Assembly: GCA_976551045.1 (NCBI GenBank)
Contig: CDPCPM010000052.1
Location: 4,030,001-4,094,000 of the forward strand
Length of the DNA: 64,000 nucleotides
Direction of reading: 5' to 3'
Source of the DNA: Glaucostegus cemiculus
Taxonomy: Eukaryota
The position numbers and the translations under genes are program-made. The notes under the pieces are model-generated. The model was not told where the DNA came from. It saw only the letters and a list, made by a program, of their open reading frames with translations, and ran no database searches. Shown piece by piece: positions 62,780-64,000 of this stretch (the first letter of the stretch is position 1; each line of letters opens with the position of its first letter).

Positions 62780-63360
62780 AGCCCTCGAGTCTGCTCCATA
62801 ACTTAGTTCCATCCTCCTTGGTTTTGCCTCCTGTGCCCTTTCTAACCTCCATAACCTTCCATTTCCCCTGAAGTCCAAACATCAGCTTTGAACACACTCA
62901 AAGTCTCAGCATCCACAACTCTAAGCTTTGCAGTCTTCGGAGAAGTTCCTCCTCGGAATCTTTCGCACCTAATCCTTTATCCTGAAATTATGCCCCTTAA
63001 TTCCAGACTCCCTCAACCAGGGGAACTCCTCCCCCACAGCATCAACATTTTTTTTTTATTTACAGCATGGTAACAGGCCCTTTCGACCCAATGAGTCCGC
63101 GCCGCCCATTCTGAACCCCCAAACTAACCTACCCGTACGTCTTTAGAACGTACCTTTTGCATTCCACCTTTTTCAATGAGACCATTTCTTGTTTATATTA
63201 ACTCCAGAGGCTGTAAACCCTGTACCCTGAAACCTTTCCTTATAAGACAACTTCATCCCAGGGATATTTCAGTGACTCTTTGCACTGCTACCTCAAAGTA
63301 TGTCCCTCAGTTAAGGAGACTAAGGCTGTATGCAGTACCCAAGGGGTGGTCTCAGTGGCA
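62780..63360 (-). mobile_element. Old CR1 3' fragment interrupted by a SINE
   Basis: ctcagcatccacaactct...gaagttcctcct...ttatgcccctt...ccagactccc...caatgagaccatttcttg...aactccagagg...ctttgcactgc. Confidence 0.6.
63049..63150 (-). mobile_element. 5'-truncated CR1-tailed V-SINE
   Basis: tttatttacagcatggtaacaggccctttcgacccaatgagtccgcgccgcccatt...aacctacccgtacgtcttt; homologous to 49385-49475. Confidence 0.9.
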
Positions 63361-63372
63361 AGACTTATTCAT

Positions 63373-63401
63373 GGTCTTATTGGTAGGTCTTATTGGTAGG
63401 T
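63373..63401. repeat. 13-bp tandem duplication
   Basis: ggtcttattggta ggtcttattggta ggt. Confidence 0.85.
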
Positions 63402-63642
63402 TTTAATGTGCATCTTAAAGCCCTTATCTCCCTGTAACTTCTCACACATTCCCACTAACTCCACCCTGAGCACTCTCTAACACCAGGCATCAACTAGTGC
63501 CATCCCCCTGTGAGAAAAATTTAATGTTACCACTTAAAACTAACAGCCCATGATTTATTTACATAACTACAAAGAATGCTGTCATTTAGGATTTGGTAAC
63601 TTCCAATGCTCTCTTGTAGCTACACCCCTGCTTCCTACCCTC

Positions 63643-63715
63643 CTGGGACACTGGGAGCCCCCAAACCCCTGGGACTGGGACACTGGGAGCCCCCACCCCT
63701 GGGACTGGATCACTG
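63643..63715. repeat. GC-rich ~31-bp tandem repeat (2 copies + partial)
   Basis: ctgggacactgggagccccc(aa)acccctggga twice, then ctggatcactg. Confidence 0.85.
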
Positions 63716-64000
63716 AATTTTAAGTTTTAGAAGTATCTTTTTACCTGACCTATGAACTCCTTCATTCTGGAATGAATCACAGAACAGGATTCCCAATTTT
63801 CCAGGGACAAAGTGCAACTCTGCATCAGTTTCCCCAAAGGTCGACATGGAGTAGAAAAAGTTTCTGAGCTGCTCCTGGTCAGTGACCAAAACTACGTGTA
63901 TTCAACAACTTTGAAAAGGTTCCATGAACCAATCCTGTTCAGGTCCTGTTGGAAATAGAGGGTTTCTGTCAGGTACCAGTAGGTCCCACCTATGCACAAG

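Noticed and set aside
57191-63715. CRISPR-like or prokaryotic repeat arrays
   Set aside because: The repeats are simple two-copy tandem duplications without spacers, in a eukaryotic context.
1-64000. The many 60-185 aa ORFs in the track as genes
   Set aside because: Apart from LINE/Penelope remnants they show no recognisable homology and lie in introns or repeats; the real exons are spliced and missed by the track.

Overview
Vertebrate genomic DNA, AT-rich and CpG-poor. The repeat content (CR1/HER1-type LINEs, V-domain tRNA-SINEs, Deu-domain SINEs, palindromic Penelope-derived elements) points to a cartilaginous fish, probably a ray/sawfish-type batoid; the taxon is an inference. The window holds the 3' half of MAPKAP1 (SIN1, an mTORC2 subunit) on the + strand: five coding exons (7685-7792, 25013-25153, 33747-33884, 47774-47871, 58921-59043) with canonical AG/GT sites and consistent phases. 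They encode the end of the Ras-binding domain, the PH domain and the C-terminus, and none is captured by the ORF track. The rest is intron, 3' UTR or flank, filled with retroelement debris and several repeat-free, motif-rich segments that look like conserved enhancers. Most notable observations: (i) a family of fold-back Penelope-derived elements carrying minimal hammerhead-ribozyme cores on both strands, including a ~900-bp palindrome centred on the Penelope ORF end; (ii) two SINE subfamilies with the same head but tails matching two different LINEs (CR1 vs Rex1), both LINEs present in the window; (iii) an Arg-to-Lys change at the SIN1 PH-domain/T398 motif. Repeat boundaries are approximate. 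Family assignments and human residue numbers come from recalled sequences, not database searches.
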